A stretch of DNA of 64,000 nt from a virus (Duplodnaviria; Caudoviricetes): positions 18,105-82,104 of the IMG/VR virus record IMGVR_UViG_2671180615_000003. One strand, 5' to 3'. The translations under genes and the position numbers were made by a program. Under the pieces are notes generated by a model. The model was not told the DNA's origin. It saw only the letters and a list, made by a program, of their open reading frames with translations, and did not search any database. Below, piece after piece: positions 19,558 through 29,288 of the stretch; the first letter of the stretch is position 1; every line of letters starts with the position of its first letter.

Positions 19558-19980
19558 TCACAGCAACTTCTTGTAATTCTGCTTACCGCACTCATAAGGA
19601 GTACCAGTTAATTGCTTAGCAATATCAAGATAAGACTGATTTTCTTTATCGAATTCCAGATTCATTTGTTCACGAGTGGTTTTCTCTTTTGCTAATTCTT
19701 GAGATTGCTCAAAATTATTATTATAGAATTTTTTAATCTGCTCATTTGCATTAGCCAGATCACACACTGAATTTGTAAGTTCTAACTGTTCTTTAAAGTT
19801 AAGTTGTCTTTCTTCTGAAAGCATTCCTAGTGTTTGGAATCTATTGATAGCCTCTTCACGTGCATTAAATAAATTATTGGCCTCTGTTAAAAACTCAAAT
19901 TCCGATTTTGGATATCCCTGAAATGAAATAAGTCCCAAAATCATTAAACTTATTAATAAATGCAATTTCATATTCATCAA
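19558..19980 (-). CDS. Secreted helical moron protein
   Basis: Signal peptide, two Cys, own terminator. Confidence 0.7.
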   Translation of the reverse strand: MMNMKLHLLISLMILGLISFQGYPKSEFEFLTEANNLFNAREEAINRFQTLGMLSEERQLNFKEQLELTNSVCDLANANEQIKKFYNNNFEQSQELAKEKTTREQMNLEFDKENQSYLDIAKQLTGTPYECGKQNYKKLL

Positions 19981-20170
19981 TGTTTTATAAGGTAATTTTG
20001 ATGAGAAAGTATATCGCTAAAAATTAAAAATAGTTTAAATAAAAGCGAAGACCTGTTCCATAAAATTATTTATCAGATCGTGTGGTGTTTGCTGAATTGG
20101 AATATGAAAGTCGACTTCTTTCTTCATAAAGCTTAACCATTGAAAACCCTCCAAAGAGGGTTATTCATTA

Positions 20171-20590
20171 CTAGTCCACTAAGATTTCGGTGGTAAAACT
20201 TTCATTTCCAAGAACTCTTGTAAGCACAATACCCTTTGAGTTTGATTTCTTAATAAACATACCATCTGTTGAATCACTGAAGTAAACTGTACTTAAATTA
20301 TTTACTTCATCATTATCACAAACCCATACCAAATCTATAGGCCTAAATCCACTTCTAGCTTTAGTACATAAATTAAAAGCTGAAAACTTATATTTTTTTG
20401 AGTTTGATTGCTCTTTACTTTCACTAAAATTATTCTCTGAAATTTCAGATAGTTCCAAGTCCAGTATGTCAATATCTGCCCAAAGGAAATATTCTTCAGT
20501 TTGAAGAAAATTATTTAATAACCCATATATTCCGCCATCGTTTGACTGCTTTTTCTTTAAAGTTACTTTATAAATAAAGTTTTTATTCAC
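20171..20590 (-). CDS. Hypothetical moron protein
   Basis: Low-GC ORF followed by hairpin. Confidence 0.55.
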   Translation of the reverse strand: MNKNFIYKVTLKKKQSNDGGIYGLLNNFLQTEEYFLWADIDILDLELSEISENNFSESKEQSNSKKYKFSAFNLCTKARSGFRPIDLVWVCDNDEVNNLSTVYFSDSTDGMFIKKSNSKGIVLTRVLGNESFTTEILVD

Positions 20591-20796
20591 AAATGAGTAC
20601 TCATTGATATTTAATCTTATAATATCATCAATCTATCAACTCCTAAGAAGATTATTTGAATTCTTTAATAACATATTTTAAAACATCATCATTTTACAAT
20701 TAACACCCATGTCAATTTCTGAATAATAGTTATTATTATCATGCCTAAAATTCGCTTTTACTTCGCAATAAAAAACCACCCGAAGGTGCTTGATTT

Positions 20797-21126
20797 CTAT
20801 TTACTGATTTGCTGATGTAACCAATTCAAATACGCTTTTTGATCCCTGAAGTTTGGTGCTTCGTTTGTATCCAGAGTAATTGGAACACCATTATGAATAA
20901 TAGTATATCTGTATGGGGTCTGTACTAATAAACCTTCAACTTTAGGCATTTCAAAATAAGCACGTAGAAAAGCTAAATTATATGTCCAGTTTCCAGCTTT
21001 TCTATTAACTTCATCTAAGTCTGGATGCTGAAGAATGTATTCTGCAGAACTCTCTAATTTAGGAAAATTCTCATGCTTTAAAAAATTTTCATATTTCTGA
21101 CTTAATTCTTCAATATTCATAAACAA
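20797..21126 (-). CDS. Hypothetical moron protein
   Basis: Low-GC ORF followed by AAAAAACCACC hairpin. Confidence 0.6.
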   Translation of the reverse strand: MFMNIEELSQKYENFLKHENFPKLESSAEYILQHPDLDEVNRKAGNWTYNLAFLRAYFEMPKVEGLLVQTPYRYTIIHNGVPITLDTNEAPNFRDQKAYLNWLHQQISK

Positions 21127-21262
21127 CCCTTTTATTATAAAAGGAATAAATATATCAAAAAATATTCTAATTTACAGATCTAATTTTTATCTGCTTAAAA
21201 TAAAAAAACCCCACTCAATCAAGAGATCAAGTGGAGCTTAAATTCTGCTTTTTTTATAACTC

Positions 21263-21973
21263 TTAAACAGCAGGAATCACATTAATAGTCGTAGGAATCA
21301 CTTCATTGCTATTCTGGCAAACAAGAGTGATATTGAAATAAACGTCTTCAGCGAAAGCTGTAATAGTTTGGGCATAACGATAAATTTCAGTTAAGCCATC
21401 AACCGAAGTAATTACATGCTCGATTTCAGTTGCAGACACATATTTCATTGAATACTTAACTGGCAAGGCTTGTGTATTGAACAATGTATCTAACAACGAA
21501 AAGAAGTCGTTATTTCCATCATTAGTATTGTTATAACCAATATCTGAACCGCCTAGATCATAACTGTCAAAAGCAGTCTGCAAACGAACACCACTATGAA
21601 TATTTGCAACCGAATTTAAGAAATTCTCAGCCACAACTTCAAGCGTATCGCCAATATTAGCTTTAGTAGCTGCATGGTAACCATACATGATTAGTGGAGC
21701 TTCAGGTGTACCGAAATCTAACGGCTCACCTACTGGAGTTAAAACACCATTTTCATATGTACAGTTATCCAAATACCAAGCAGAAGCTGGAGGATTTGGC
21801 AGGCTAGTTACACCAATGACAGTAAATCCCGGTAATGCATTAATTGCTTCCACATTACTCAACACTTGGTCATAGCTAGTTGAATCATCAATCTTAACCA
21901 ATACTGTATGACCAGCAGGTAAGTTTGTATTTGTTAAAGTTTCGATTGTTGCTTTTTTTGGAGTAGTAACCAT
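21263..21973 (-). CDS. Acidic beta-rich protein of unknown function
   Basis: GAGG RBS, flanked by terminators. Confidence 0.75.
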   Translation of the reverse strand: MVTTPKKATIETLTNTNLPAGHTVLVKIDDSTSYDQVLSNVEAINALPGFTVIGVTSLPNPPASAWYLDNCTYENGVLTPVGEPLDFGTPEAPLIMYGYHAATKANIGDTLEVVAENFLNSVANIHSGVRLQTAFDSYDLGGSDIGYNNTNDGNNDFFSLLDTLFNTQALPVKYSMKYVSATEIEHVITSVDGLTEIYRYAQTITAFAEDVYFNITLVCQNSNEVIPTTINVIPAV

Positions 21974-22241
21974 TAAGGTTTCCTCATAAAAAAAGCCTTA
22001 TCATTTATTGATAAGGCTTTGGTGGTAGAAACTGGAAAAGAAAAAGCCCCGCCAATAATCGATATTAAGCGAGGCCATTTTGCGCCGTAATACTCTCGGC
22101 AAGTTAAAAAGTAAATATTAAAAAACCCGCTTCTAAAAGAAACGGGTCATAAAAATAAAAACTTTCAGCGCAGATAATTCTGAAGATTGAAATATATATG
22201 CAAATACATATATGCGCAACTAGTAATTTATTTTTAAATAA

Positions 22242-22460
22242 TTAATTTTTTTGTGCTCTCAAGATTTCTAAAACCTGTTTCGATAATTCGTGTAGATCAA
22301 ATCCATATGGATGCCAAAATTGATACATCACATTGTCGCGGTTATAAATTTGAATGTAATAAGTTGATGTGTAGCTTGGATCAATTTCGGATGCTTTAAA
22401 TATTTTTACATCTTTTTTAATTTCTTGACCATCTAATTCACCGCCAACACAAAGCGTCAT
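22242..22460 (-). CDS. Hypothetical phage protein
   Basis: CVGGELDGQ motif common in small phage proteins. Confidence 0.65.
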   Translation of the reverse strand: MTLCVGGELDGQEIKKDVKIFKASEIDPSYTSTYYIQIYNRDNVMYQFWHPYGFDLHELSKQVLEILRAQKN

Positions 22461-22515
22461 GATATTTACCAGTTTTTAATTAGACTGGAATATAGCATGT
22501 ATAAAGTTATATCCA

Positions 22516-23115
22516 CTATTTCAAATCAGCCTTTACTCTAGCTGAAAATTTTTTTTGCATCTCAAATATTCTACGATTTACTTCTTCATCTTCACGAAGT
22601 CCTAATTCTTTTCTCAATTCACTTTGTAAAAGTAAGGCGTCTACCCCAAATAATTCAGTAAATTCATATATTTCATTATTAATTAATTCTTTTTTCTCAA
22701 GTGAGACTGCGTCATACCAATTCCTGAAATATAAAGTTATTACTTTTAATGAGTCACTGAACCTAATCGTAAAATTCATTATTTTTTCTTTTGTATTGGG
22801 ATCAGAAATAAAGCTTGATTCATGTAAAGATGCCGTGAGTTCTTTAACAATTATGAAGAATTCGTCAAAAAATTCTTCATCTTTTAAAACTCTATATGAA
22901 TGACATGTAATTAAGAACTTTTGCCATTTTCTAACAAGTTCGAGGTAAATATCCCTTTTCGCTTCTGCTAACTTATCAGCTTTATGAGCATTTATTGCAG
23001 ACTTAGCACCAAACCATACAGTACCAATTAAAGCTAATGCTCCCAAAAGAGCTCCAACAAATGAAAACCAGCCTTGTATTAAAGCCGATGTTATTGAAGC
23101 TACTTCAGCAGACAT
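22516..23115 (-). CDS. Membrane-anchored moron protein
   Basis: N-terminal TM (GALLGALAL) plus helical domain; low GC. Confidence 0.75.
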   Translation of the reverse strand: MSAEVASITSALIQGWFSFVGALLGALALIGTVWFGAKSAINAHKADKLAEAKRDIYLELVRKWQKFLITCHSYRVLKDEEFFDEFFIIVKELTASLHESSFISDPNTKEKIMNFTIRFSDSLKVITLYFRNWYDAVSLEKKELINNEIYEFTELFGVDALLLQSELRKELGLREDEEVNRRIFEMQKKFSARVKADLK

Positions 23116-23199
23116 TTCTTATCCTATAAAAATATTAAAGCCCGCATATGCGAGCCTTTTAAAGTGCCGATTTAAATGCAAAATCGCCAAGTTAACACA

Positions 23200-23228
23200 A
23201 ATATGCCATACCCCGTGCGCACACTCAA
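23200..23228 (-). promoter_or_regulatory. Late promoter pR'-like of prophage 1
   Basis: TTGAGT-17 bp-CATATT overlapping the Q stop, hairpin downstream. Confidence 0.6.
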
Positions 23229-23722
23229 GCGGTTTTTTCAAAAGTTTCAAATGCAAAATGTGGATTACGGCTTTTGATATAAGCTAGACCGCATTTTAAA
23301 TCCTGTCGAATTTGATTAACTGATGTTTCATTACTTTGAGCAATATCTCTTAATGAATTACCCATTACATGATGTGACCAAATTGCTGAGATCCATTCTT
23401 GTAAAATATGGTCTTCAATTAGCTGCATATCAATAAACAATCTATGTACCCCACGTGCTTCATTATCGTTTAATTGACAGCAAGTACCCTTTCGGCGAAT
23501 GCACAAACGATCCTTTAAAGTTTCATCGCTCATATACATTGCCATTAATTTTTCACGTTGTTTTTGAGTGATGCGCTTAGTAGGCATCGTTTTAACAATC
23601 TTAACCATTGTTTCGGTATCACCGTTAAGCCAAGCACCAAGCTGGCGACACCATTCCTCAAAACTATATTTAGACCAATCGACCGCTTGTAAAATGTGTT
23701 GTACTGGCATATTCATTTTCAT
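23225..23722 (-). CDS. Late antiterminator Q
   Basis: Position; C-terminal HTH SLRDIA....SVNQIRQDL. Confidence 0.75.
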   Translation of the reverse strand: MKMNMPVQHILQAVDWSKYSFEEWCRQLGAWLNGDTETMVKIVKTMPTKRITQKQREKLMAMYMSDETLKDRLCIRRKGTCCQLNDNEARGVHRLFIDMQLIEDHILQEWISAIWSHHVMGNSLRDIAQSNETSVNQIRQDLKCGLAYIKSRNPHFAFETFEKTA

Positions 23723-24111
23723 CCCACCAATTGCTCAATTTGTTTAATCGCCACGCCTGCTTTAACTTGCTCTGTACTAAACCTTAAAACTGTAAAACCC
23801 ATCATTGCTGCTTCGTTGTATTTCTCCATGTCTCCTAGATAACCTTTGCCCCTCGTATGACGACCACGGCTCCAGATCCCGCCTTCAACCTCTACCAATA
23901 TGTTTGTACCTGTAATAAAAAAATCCGCCCGCCACTTACGTTTTGGATGGAATTTATATTCCTGCTCAAAATCAATCTTGCAGGCTTTAAGATGAGTTAC
24001 TAACAAAACCTCCCCTACACTTGGTTCCCGTGTTTGCTTTGCTGAACGGCGCTTTTTATTTTTCTGAATAGGAAATAATTCACGGTATTCAGCAAGGCTC
24101 ATTGAACTCAT
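23719..24111 (-). CDS. DUF559-like endonuclease
   Basis: EYKFHPKRKWRADF..LVEVEGG.W...H...D.EKYN. Confidence 0.8.
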   Translation of the reverse strand: MSSMSLAEYRELFPIQKNKKRRSAKQTREPSVGEVLLVTHLKACKIDFEQEYKFHPKRKWRADFFITGTNILVEVEGGIWSRGRHTRGKGYLGDMEKYNEAAMMGFTVLRFSTEQVKAGVAIKQIEQLVG

Positions 24112-25451
24112 CCCTTAATTGCCTCCTTTAAAAACTTTTGAATACGAAGACCTATCCATTTCATTACTGAAACAGCCATTGAATTGCCTAATGTTTTATA
24201 TCGCTTACCTGAAGCCACACCTTTTACATTTGTATAGTTATCGGGGAAGCCTTGAAGACGCTCACATTCAACTTCTGTTAAATAACGAGCTAAGTAGAAA
24301 ATGTTCGGAGGGATATATTTAAAAATTGCTTGATGAATTGCACCACCACCTTTCCCTCCACATCTAACAGTCGGCGCAATTTCATGCGCTATATCAAATA
24401 AAGCATCATTTTTAGTACCGCAGTAAACTACCGCATTCTTTTTAGTTGAAACTAAAGTGTATGACAGCTCAGGGTTTAAGCCTGTTCCATTTGAACCTGT
24501 CTTTCCTAAATGCCCGATAGTATTTCCATTTAGACCATAACTATGGATGACATATGCGTCACCATGACGGGCTAATAATGTTGGAAACACTTCATTAGAA
24601 ATAGCAGCATTAACTGTTTGGCCTCCAACACCAATGGCATGCTTAATGTAATAATCGCCGCAAAATGCCTCTTGGTTTCCTAACCATTTCTTTTGGCCAT
24701 GTGATGCTAAAATTGGTGGAGTGTAATTTTTTCCGCTAATAGTTTGGCTTGTTCGGAAAGTGTGAATTTCACACAATCTGGTAATGTCTTCCCTCTTGCC
24801 TCTGCTCTCCTTAGAATTCCCTGACAGGCTTTTGTGCTCAAAAAGTATTTCTCCGATACATTCTGCTCGAGCACTTGCGACAACAAACACACGCTTGCGT
24901 CGTTGGGCGAGTCCGAAATATTGAGCATCAAGGACTCTCCAATAGATTTGTCGTTGTGGTCCAAACACACAACCAGCGTTTGGCCATTTTTTCCCTGTAG
25001 GCTGTAATTCACACTCTTCTCCTGCGAGTGCAGCCAGAAAGCAGCCGAAAGCATTATCTTTTGTGTTGAGTACTCCTGGTACGTTTTCCCAAACGATAAT
25101 TGCTGGCTTAAGTCCTCGAATAGATCTTGCTGAATCAATTGCATCCGCTAACCTCACATATTCTAAAGATAATTGTCCTCGTTCATCTGCTAATGAATTT
25201 CTTAGTCCTGCTAAGGAAAATGCCTGGCATGGAGTTCCACCAACCAAAATATCTGGTGCTTCTACTTGTTGATTTAGAACTTTTTCACGGATTTTTGTCA
25301 TATCTCCCAAGTTTTCAACTTCAGGATAATGATGTTCCAAAATTTGACTTGGTGCTGTTTCAATCTCTGAAAACCAAGCAGGTTCCCACCCAAGTGAGTG
25401 CCAGGCAACTGTTGCAGCTTCAATACCTGAACAAACAGATCCATACCTCAT
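24108..25451 (-). CDS. C5-cytosine DNA methyltransferase (alpha chain)
   Basis: CSGIE, GTPCQ, ENV, QRRKR, ERLQGFP, GNSM motifs. Confidence 0.95.
   Translation of the reverse strand: MRYGSVCSGIEAATVAWHSLGWEPAWFSEIETAPSQILEHHYPEVENLGDMTKIREKVLNQQVEAPDILVGGTPCQAFSLAGLRNSLADERGQLSLEYVRLADAIDSARSIRGLKPAIIVWENVPGVLNTKDNAFGCFLAALAGEECELQPTGKKWPNAGCVFGPQRQIYWRVLDAQYFGLAQRRKRVFVVASARAECIGEILFEHKSLSGNSKESRGKREDITRLCEIHTFRTSQTISGKNYTPPILASHGQKKWLGNQEAFCGDYYIKHAIGVGGQTVNAAISNEVFPTLLARHGDAYVIHSYGLNGNTIGHLGKTGSNGTGLNPELSYTLVSTKKNAVVYCGTKNDALFDIAHEIAPTVRCGGKGGGAIHQAIFKYIPPNIFYLARYLTEVECERLQGFPDNYTNVKGVASGKRYKTLGNSMAVSVMKWIGLRIQKFLKEAIKG
24707..25144 (-). CDS. Overprinted ORF resembling the M.EcoHK31I beta polypeptide
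   Basis: Same strand, alternative frame; LSQVLE...KYFLSTKACQGILRRAEARGKTLP. Confidence 0.65.
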   Translation of the reverse strand: MQLIQQDLFEDLSQQLSFGKTYQEYSTQKIMLSAAFWLHSQEKSVNYSLQGKNGQTLVVCLDHNDKSIGESLMLNISDSPNDASVCLLSQVLEQNVSEKYFLSTKACQGILRRAEARGKTLPDCVKFTLSEQAKLLAEKITLHQF

Positions 25452-26404
25452 GCCGCAGCTCCTTTACCTTGTTGAAATCCAACTTGAATGAGGTAAGTCA
25501 TCCATTTTTTCTGTTGTTCAGGATCTGCGAGTTTTACGGCGATACGTGCAGCAAGTTGTTCATAGCTCTCGTTACCTTCTGCATACTTGCTAGAAAACTC
25601 AGGATGTTTAGAAAGCTTGTCAGCGAAGACAGCAATTTGCTTTTGACTTAAACCAGTTGAATTGTTTTGTTCACCAGAAAATGATTTAGTCGGTTGTGAT
25701 GCTTTTTGACGGCGTTCGTATTTGGCTTTTGCATTCAGTAACCAATCAGCAAAATGGAAAATCAAAAGATCATCACAAAGATTCTTTGAGGCATTGTTGA
25801 GTTCAAATGCTCTAAGTTCTCGGTGGTACCATGACTCCATTACGAGTTGATCAAAATCTACAGACTTGTCTGAAAGTAAAATTTCTTCACGAAGTTTTTT
25901 AAAACAAAGCCAAGTTTTTTTATTTTTAGATTCATCTGAAAGATTACTTGATAGATTCCGTGTACCAACGTTGGTACTGTTTGCTGGAAATGTTGGTACT
26001 GTTTGCTGGAAATGTTGGTACTGTTCCAATGTTGGTACTGTTTCAAAATCTTCCCCTTGTGTATCAAGGCTTTCTGAGCCTAACTGTTCCAACGTTGGTA
26101 CTGTATTTTCTCGACCTTGTACACCAATTAAACGATAGACAATTACCTGCTTTGTTCTGCCTTTTCTTTCACCAGTATCGAAAATTAATCCCTCAGAACA
26201 GAGCTCATCCAGAATCTTAAAAAGGGTTTTTTTATTAATCTGACAGTCATCAGCCAAACGTTTAGAACTCGGATAACAGCAATGTTGTTCATCCGCACGA
26301 TCAGCCATTGAAAGCAGCACTAATTTTTTTAAAGCTGGAGAAGAGCCACCCTTAGCTTGAGTGAACTTCTTTTTCCAAGCCCATACAGTAGCGTCTAAGC
26401 TCAT
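25448..26404 (-). CDS. Replication initiator (lambda O-like, N-terminal HTH)
   Basis: KLVLLSMADRAD...YPS..RLA; internal iterons. Confidence 0.88.
   Translation of the reverse strand: MSLDATVWAWKKKFTQAKGGSSPALKKLVLLSMADRADEQHCCYPSSKRLADDCQINKKTLFKILDELCSEGLIFDTGERKGRTKQVIVYRLIGVQGRENTVPTLEQLGSESLDTQGEDFETVPTLEQYQHFQQTVPTFPANSTNVGTRNLSSNLSDESKNKKTWLCFKKLREEILLSDKSVDFDQLVMESWYHRELRAFELNNASKNLCDDLLIFHFADWLLNAKAKYERRQKASQPTKSFSGEQNNSTGLSQKQIAVFADKLSKHPEFSSKYAEGNESYEQLAARIAVKLADPEQQKKWMTYLIQVGFQQGKGAAA
25962..26104. repeat. Iterons / phage replication origin
   Basis: GTTGGTACTGT at 25970, 25992, 26014, 26031, 26094; 16-bp palindrome GTACCAACGTTGGTAC 25962-25977; AT-rich flank. Confidence 0.85.
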
Positions 26405-26730
26405 TTATCCCCCTCTTCATTCATTTGAATGAAAGTGCTGCCCAAATAACGGATCCTTTTAGCCCGATATAAGCTTGAGATAATTTGGCCAGCATGGCCG
26501 AGATAAAGACCATGTTTTCCATGTTGATCTATTAGTGCTTGCATAAACTCTTCACGTTTTACAGCAGCATTTTTCTCATCACGGTTTTGACGTGCTAGAT
26601 TTTTCTTACGGATTTCCAGTAAACCAGATAAAGTTCTTAAAGCTGGTTCATGCCATGATTGATAACTTTGTTGACGCTGTTGCTCGATCAGATTGTCTTT
26701 AGTCGTTTGATTTGATAAATTAGTTCGCAT
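26401..26730 (-). CDS. Hypothetical early protein
   Basis: RBS, coupled to initiator. Confidence 0.7.
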   Translation of the reverse strand: MRTNLSNQTTKDNLIEQQRQQSYQSWHEPALRTLSGLLEIRKKNLARQNRDEKNAAVKREEFMQALIDQHGKHGLYLGHAGQIISSLYRAKRIRYLGSTFIQMNEEGDK

Positions 26731-26790
26731 ATTCGATTCCTCTAGCCAGTAATTGAATTAACTAAGCCTGATTTCCGAGATCAGGCTTTT

Positions 26791-27147
26791 TTAATATCCA
26801 AGCTTTTCCTTTTGACCACTGATTTCGTCATGAAACAGATCATCTACAGTTTCAATTCGATTCATCCAGCTTTTAGACATAACTAAAAGTGCAGCAACTC
26901 GCTCTTTATCAATGCTTTGATAATCTTTTGGTACAACCTTTAAACCAAGTAGACTCAAGAGCTCGCAAAACATTTCAATTTCATTCAATCCGTTGTTTTT
27001 CTTATCTGTTTTAAATCGAGTAATTGTGCTTGGATCAACCTTTAAGTGTTCTGCAATCTCTTTTTGATTGCTTAAATCAAGACCATGCAATATGCGGGAT
27101 GCATCATTTCTAGCGCTTGCAGAAAGATCTATTGATAATTTGCTCAT
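26791..27147 (-). CDS. cII: CII-like transcription activator
   Basis: QKEIAEHLKVDPSTITRFK HTH, LGLKVVP; follows cro. Confidence 0.85.
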   Translation of the reverse strand: MSKLSIDLSASARNDASRILHGLDLSNQKEIAEHLKVDPSTITRFKTDKKNNGLNEIEMFCELLSLLGLKVVPKDYQSIDKERVAALLVMSKSWMNRIETVDDLFHDEISGQKEKLGY

Positions 27148-27155
27148 GGTGGTTC

Positions 27156-27377
27156 CTAAGCCGTTTTTGAAGTTCCTAAAAAGAAATCAAACAGGCTTTT
27201 GTGAGTTAGTTGTTGATTACTTGCTTCAACCATTTTTTGAATGGTTTCCATTCTTGGGTTTTTGCGGGCATGGATTAATTGAGTTTCCATATATCCATAT
27301 GTAACTTTTACTTCTTTGCAGAATTTGAGACGTTCACTCTCACTTAATCCACGCCAGTAGCTATAAAGAGTAAGCAT
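27156..27377 (-). CDS. Cro-like repressor
   Basis: 73-aa HTH divergent from cI. Confidence 0.8.
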   Translation of the reverse strand: MLTLYSYWRGLSESERLKFCKEVKVTYGYMETQLIHARKNPRMETIQKMVEASNQQLTHKSLFDFFLGTSKTA

Positions 27378-27382
27378 TTATA

Positions 27383-27473
27383 CACCTCACTGGTAAATTT
27401 ATTTATTAAATATACCCACAAGGTAAATAAAATACAACCTGTTAGGGTATTTATTTTTTTTACCTATTGGGTA
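27383..27473. promoter_or_regulatory. OR operators (YACC-N5-GGTA)
   Basis: Sites at 27383, 27413, 27461 plus a weaker one near 27436. Confidence 0.7.
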
Positions 27474-27507
27474 TTTTTGAGTTCAGCGCTAGAGGTGAAT
27501 TGAAAAA

Positions 27508-28296
27508 ATGAGTGAATTAAAGACTATTCATGAAATTAGGCTTGGAAATACAAGAAAATTAATGAAGGAATCGGGACTAACTCGTTCTGAATTCGCCGAA
27601 AAGATTGATATGTCTTATGGATTGGTAAGCCAATATATTGGAAAGAATCCAACAAAGAATATTGGTGATGAAACTGCTTTTAAAATTGAAGAAGCTTTTA
27701 ATAAACCGCGTGGGTACCTTGATCAATCTGACATTCAAAATGAAAATGCACACCAATTAGATGGTGCTGCTAGTTTTAAGCAACTCGACATAGAAGCATT
27801 TAAGAAAAAATATAATATTCCTGACAGTGAAGATGCTGTCCTTTTCTCAAATGTAATTGAAAAACCATTAGTTATTTCAAAAAGATGGGTTCCAGTTAAG
27901 GCATATAGCAAGATGGGCATGGACGGTTATTTTACAGACATGGGGTATGATGGAAACGCTGGCGATGGGTACATTCCGACTCACACTGCTGGTGATCGAT
28001 CATATGCAATTAAAGGAACTGGTGACTCAATGTACCCCGCTATCCGTAATGGCTGGTATGTAGTCTGTGACCCAGATGCAGAATTAACGCCTACTGAATT
28101 TGTGCAAGTTTGTTTAAAAGATGGTAGGTGCACAATTAAAGAATTTATTGGCATTCATAATAATGTTTTAAATCTTTTAGCTGTAAACGGCGGCGAACGC
28201 TTAACTTTTGATATGGATGAAGTCGAAAGCATTACTGCTATTACCGATATTGTACCTCCTAGCCAACACAGACAACAGCATCCTAACGCTCATTAA
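27508..28296 (+). CDS. cI: CI repressor with S24 autopeptidase
   Basis: N-terminal HTH; GDSMYP and TIKEF catalytic motifs. Confidence 0.92.
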   Translation: MSELKTIHEIRLGNTRKLMKESGLTRSEFAEKIDMSYGLVSQYIGKNPTKNIGDETAFKIEEAFNKPRGYLDQSDIQNENAHQLDGAASFKQLDIEAFKKKYNIPDSEDAVLFSNVIEKPLVISKRWVPVKAYSKMGMDGYFTDMGYDGNAGDGYIPTHTAGDRSYAIKGTGDSMYPAIRNGWYVVCDPDAELTPTEFVQVCLKDGRCTIKEFIGIHNNVLNLLAVNGGERLTFDMDEVESITAITDIVPPSQHRQQHPNAH

Positions 28297-28395
28297 TTAT
28301 TTTAATATATCCTTATTTAAGCCCACCAATTGGTGGGTTTTTTATGGCCTTTACATTAAATACACCTAGGAAGTAAAAAAATAATCATCTAATTT

Positions 28396-28433
28396 CACCT
28401 CACAGGTATTTACTTTATTTTACCTTGCAGGTA
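28396..28433. promoter_or_regulatory. OL operators
   Basis: CACCTCACAGGTA 28396 and TACCTTGCAGGTA 28421, same consensus as OR. Confidence 0.7.
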
Positions 28434-28510
28434 TATTTTTCTCACAGACAACAAAAAAGCACATCGACTCTTCTAACTTCCGATGTGCTTTGCAAACTGC
28501 GAGATCAATT

Positions 28511-28951
28511 ATGAATGTAAATGCAATTCCATTCAACCATATCAAAGTAACAGGTGTTACAGCTCTTGTTTTGATTGCTGGTTTAGCTTCTTGTGAATAC
28601 AAGACAGCTCAATCTAGTTTTGCAGCAAACTCTCAGACCTTTACACCGCAAATTCAACCAAGTTCGTATGGCGTTCAAACAGCAAAGATCATTGGTAAAA
28701 ATTCAGGTATAGCGGTTATTAAACTTGATGGCTTCCGAGTAAACGTTAGCTTTGACTTTGAGGCTCATCCAGATAGCTACGGTGTTGCGGGTTCTGAATT
28801 TACTGCGGTTGATGTAACCCAGCTCACTATTAATGAAATCACGGATGTAAACGGCAAGTCTTACCGCGATTTCACTGATTACAACGATCACCGCAATATC
28901 AATGCCCTAATTAAAGGCTTCATCGAACGTAATAAGTTGGTGGAGGCTTAA
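28511..28951 (+). CDS. Early lipoprotein-like protein
   Basis: Hydrophobic stretch ending LAS-C; first gene after pL. Confidence 0.6.
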   Translation: MNVNAIPFNHIKVTGVTALVLIAGLASCEYKTAQSSFAANSQTFTPQIQPSSYGVQTAKIIGKNSGIAVIKLDGFRVNVSFDFEAHPDSYGVAGSEFTAVDVTQLTINEITDVNGKSYRDFTDYNDHRNINALIKGFIERNKLVEA

Positions 28952-28953
28952 TC

Positions 28954-29277
28954 ATGACTAATTTCAAAAAACATCCAGATGGGTACAAGTCTTATTTAGG
29001 CCGTGACAATACTGGCCTCTACTCTGTTCGCATTGGTTGGACTGTTTATGCATCAAATGCTAATGGATCGGTTCTTTACAAGATCAAGGACTCAGTTAAG
29101 ACGCCTTTAGATGTGGCCAAGTTCCAATCTGAATATCCAAAAGTTTGGGAGGTATTAACTCAAGAGATCAGCTTTCAACGCAAAAAGAAATTAGCTATCG
29201 ATTTGGGTAACTCTCACATCACTTCAATTGAACGCAAAGCGTATAAGCAAAAACGCGGCTTTACTGGCTCTAGATAA
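28954..29277 (+). CDS. Hypothetical early protein
   Basis: GGAGG RBS, operon spacing. Confidence 0.7.
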   Translation: MTNFKKHPDGYKSYLGRDNTGLYSVRIGWTVYASNANGSVLYKIKDSVKTPLDVAKFQSEYPKVWEVLTQEISFQRKKKLAIDLGNSHITSIERKAYKQKRGFTGSR

Positions 29278-29288
29278 GGATAATAAAA

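Noticed and set aside
21985-22150. Three consecutive hairpins as a structured ncRNA
   Set aside because: Each has an A/U tract typical of intrinsic terminators; no tRNA-like or other fold supportable
19037-24111. Two DUF559/Vsr-like nucleases as restriction partners of the C5 methylase
   Set aside because: Such genes are routine in nin/packaging regions of lambdoid phages; nothing links them to restriction
25962-26104. Short direct repeats suggesting a CRISPR array
   Set aside because: 11-bp units with short or identical spacers inside an initiator gene; no cas genes; fits iterons
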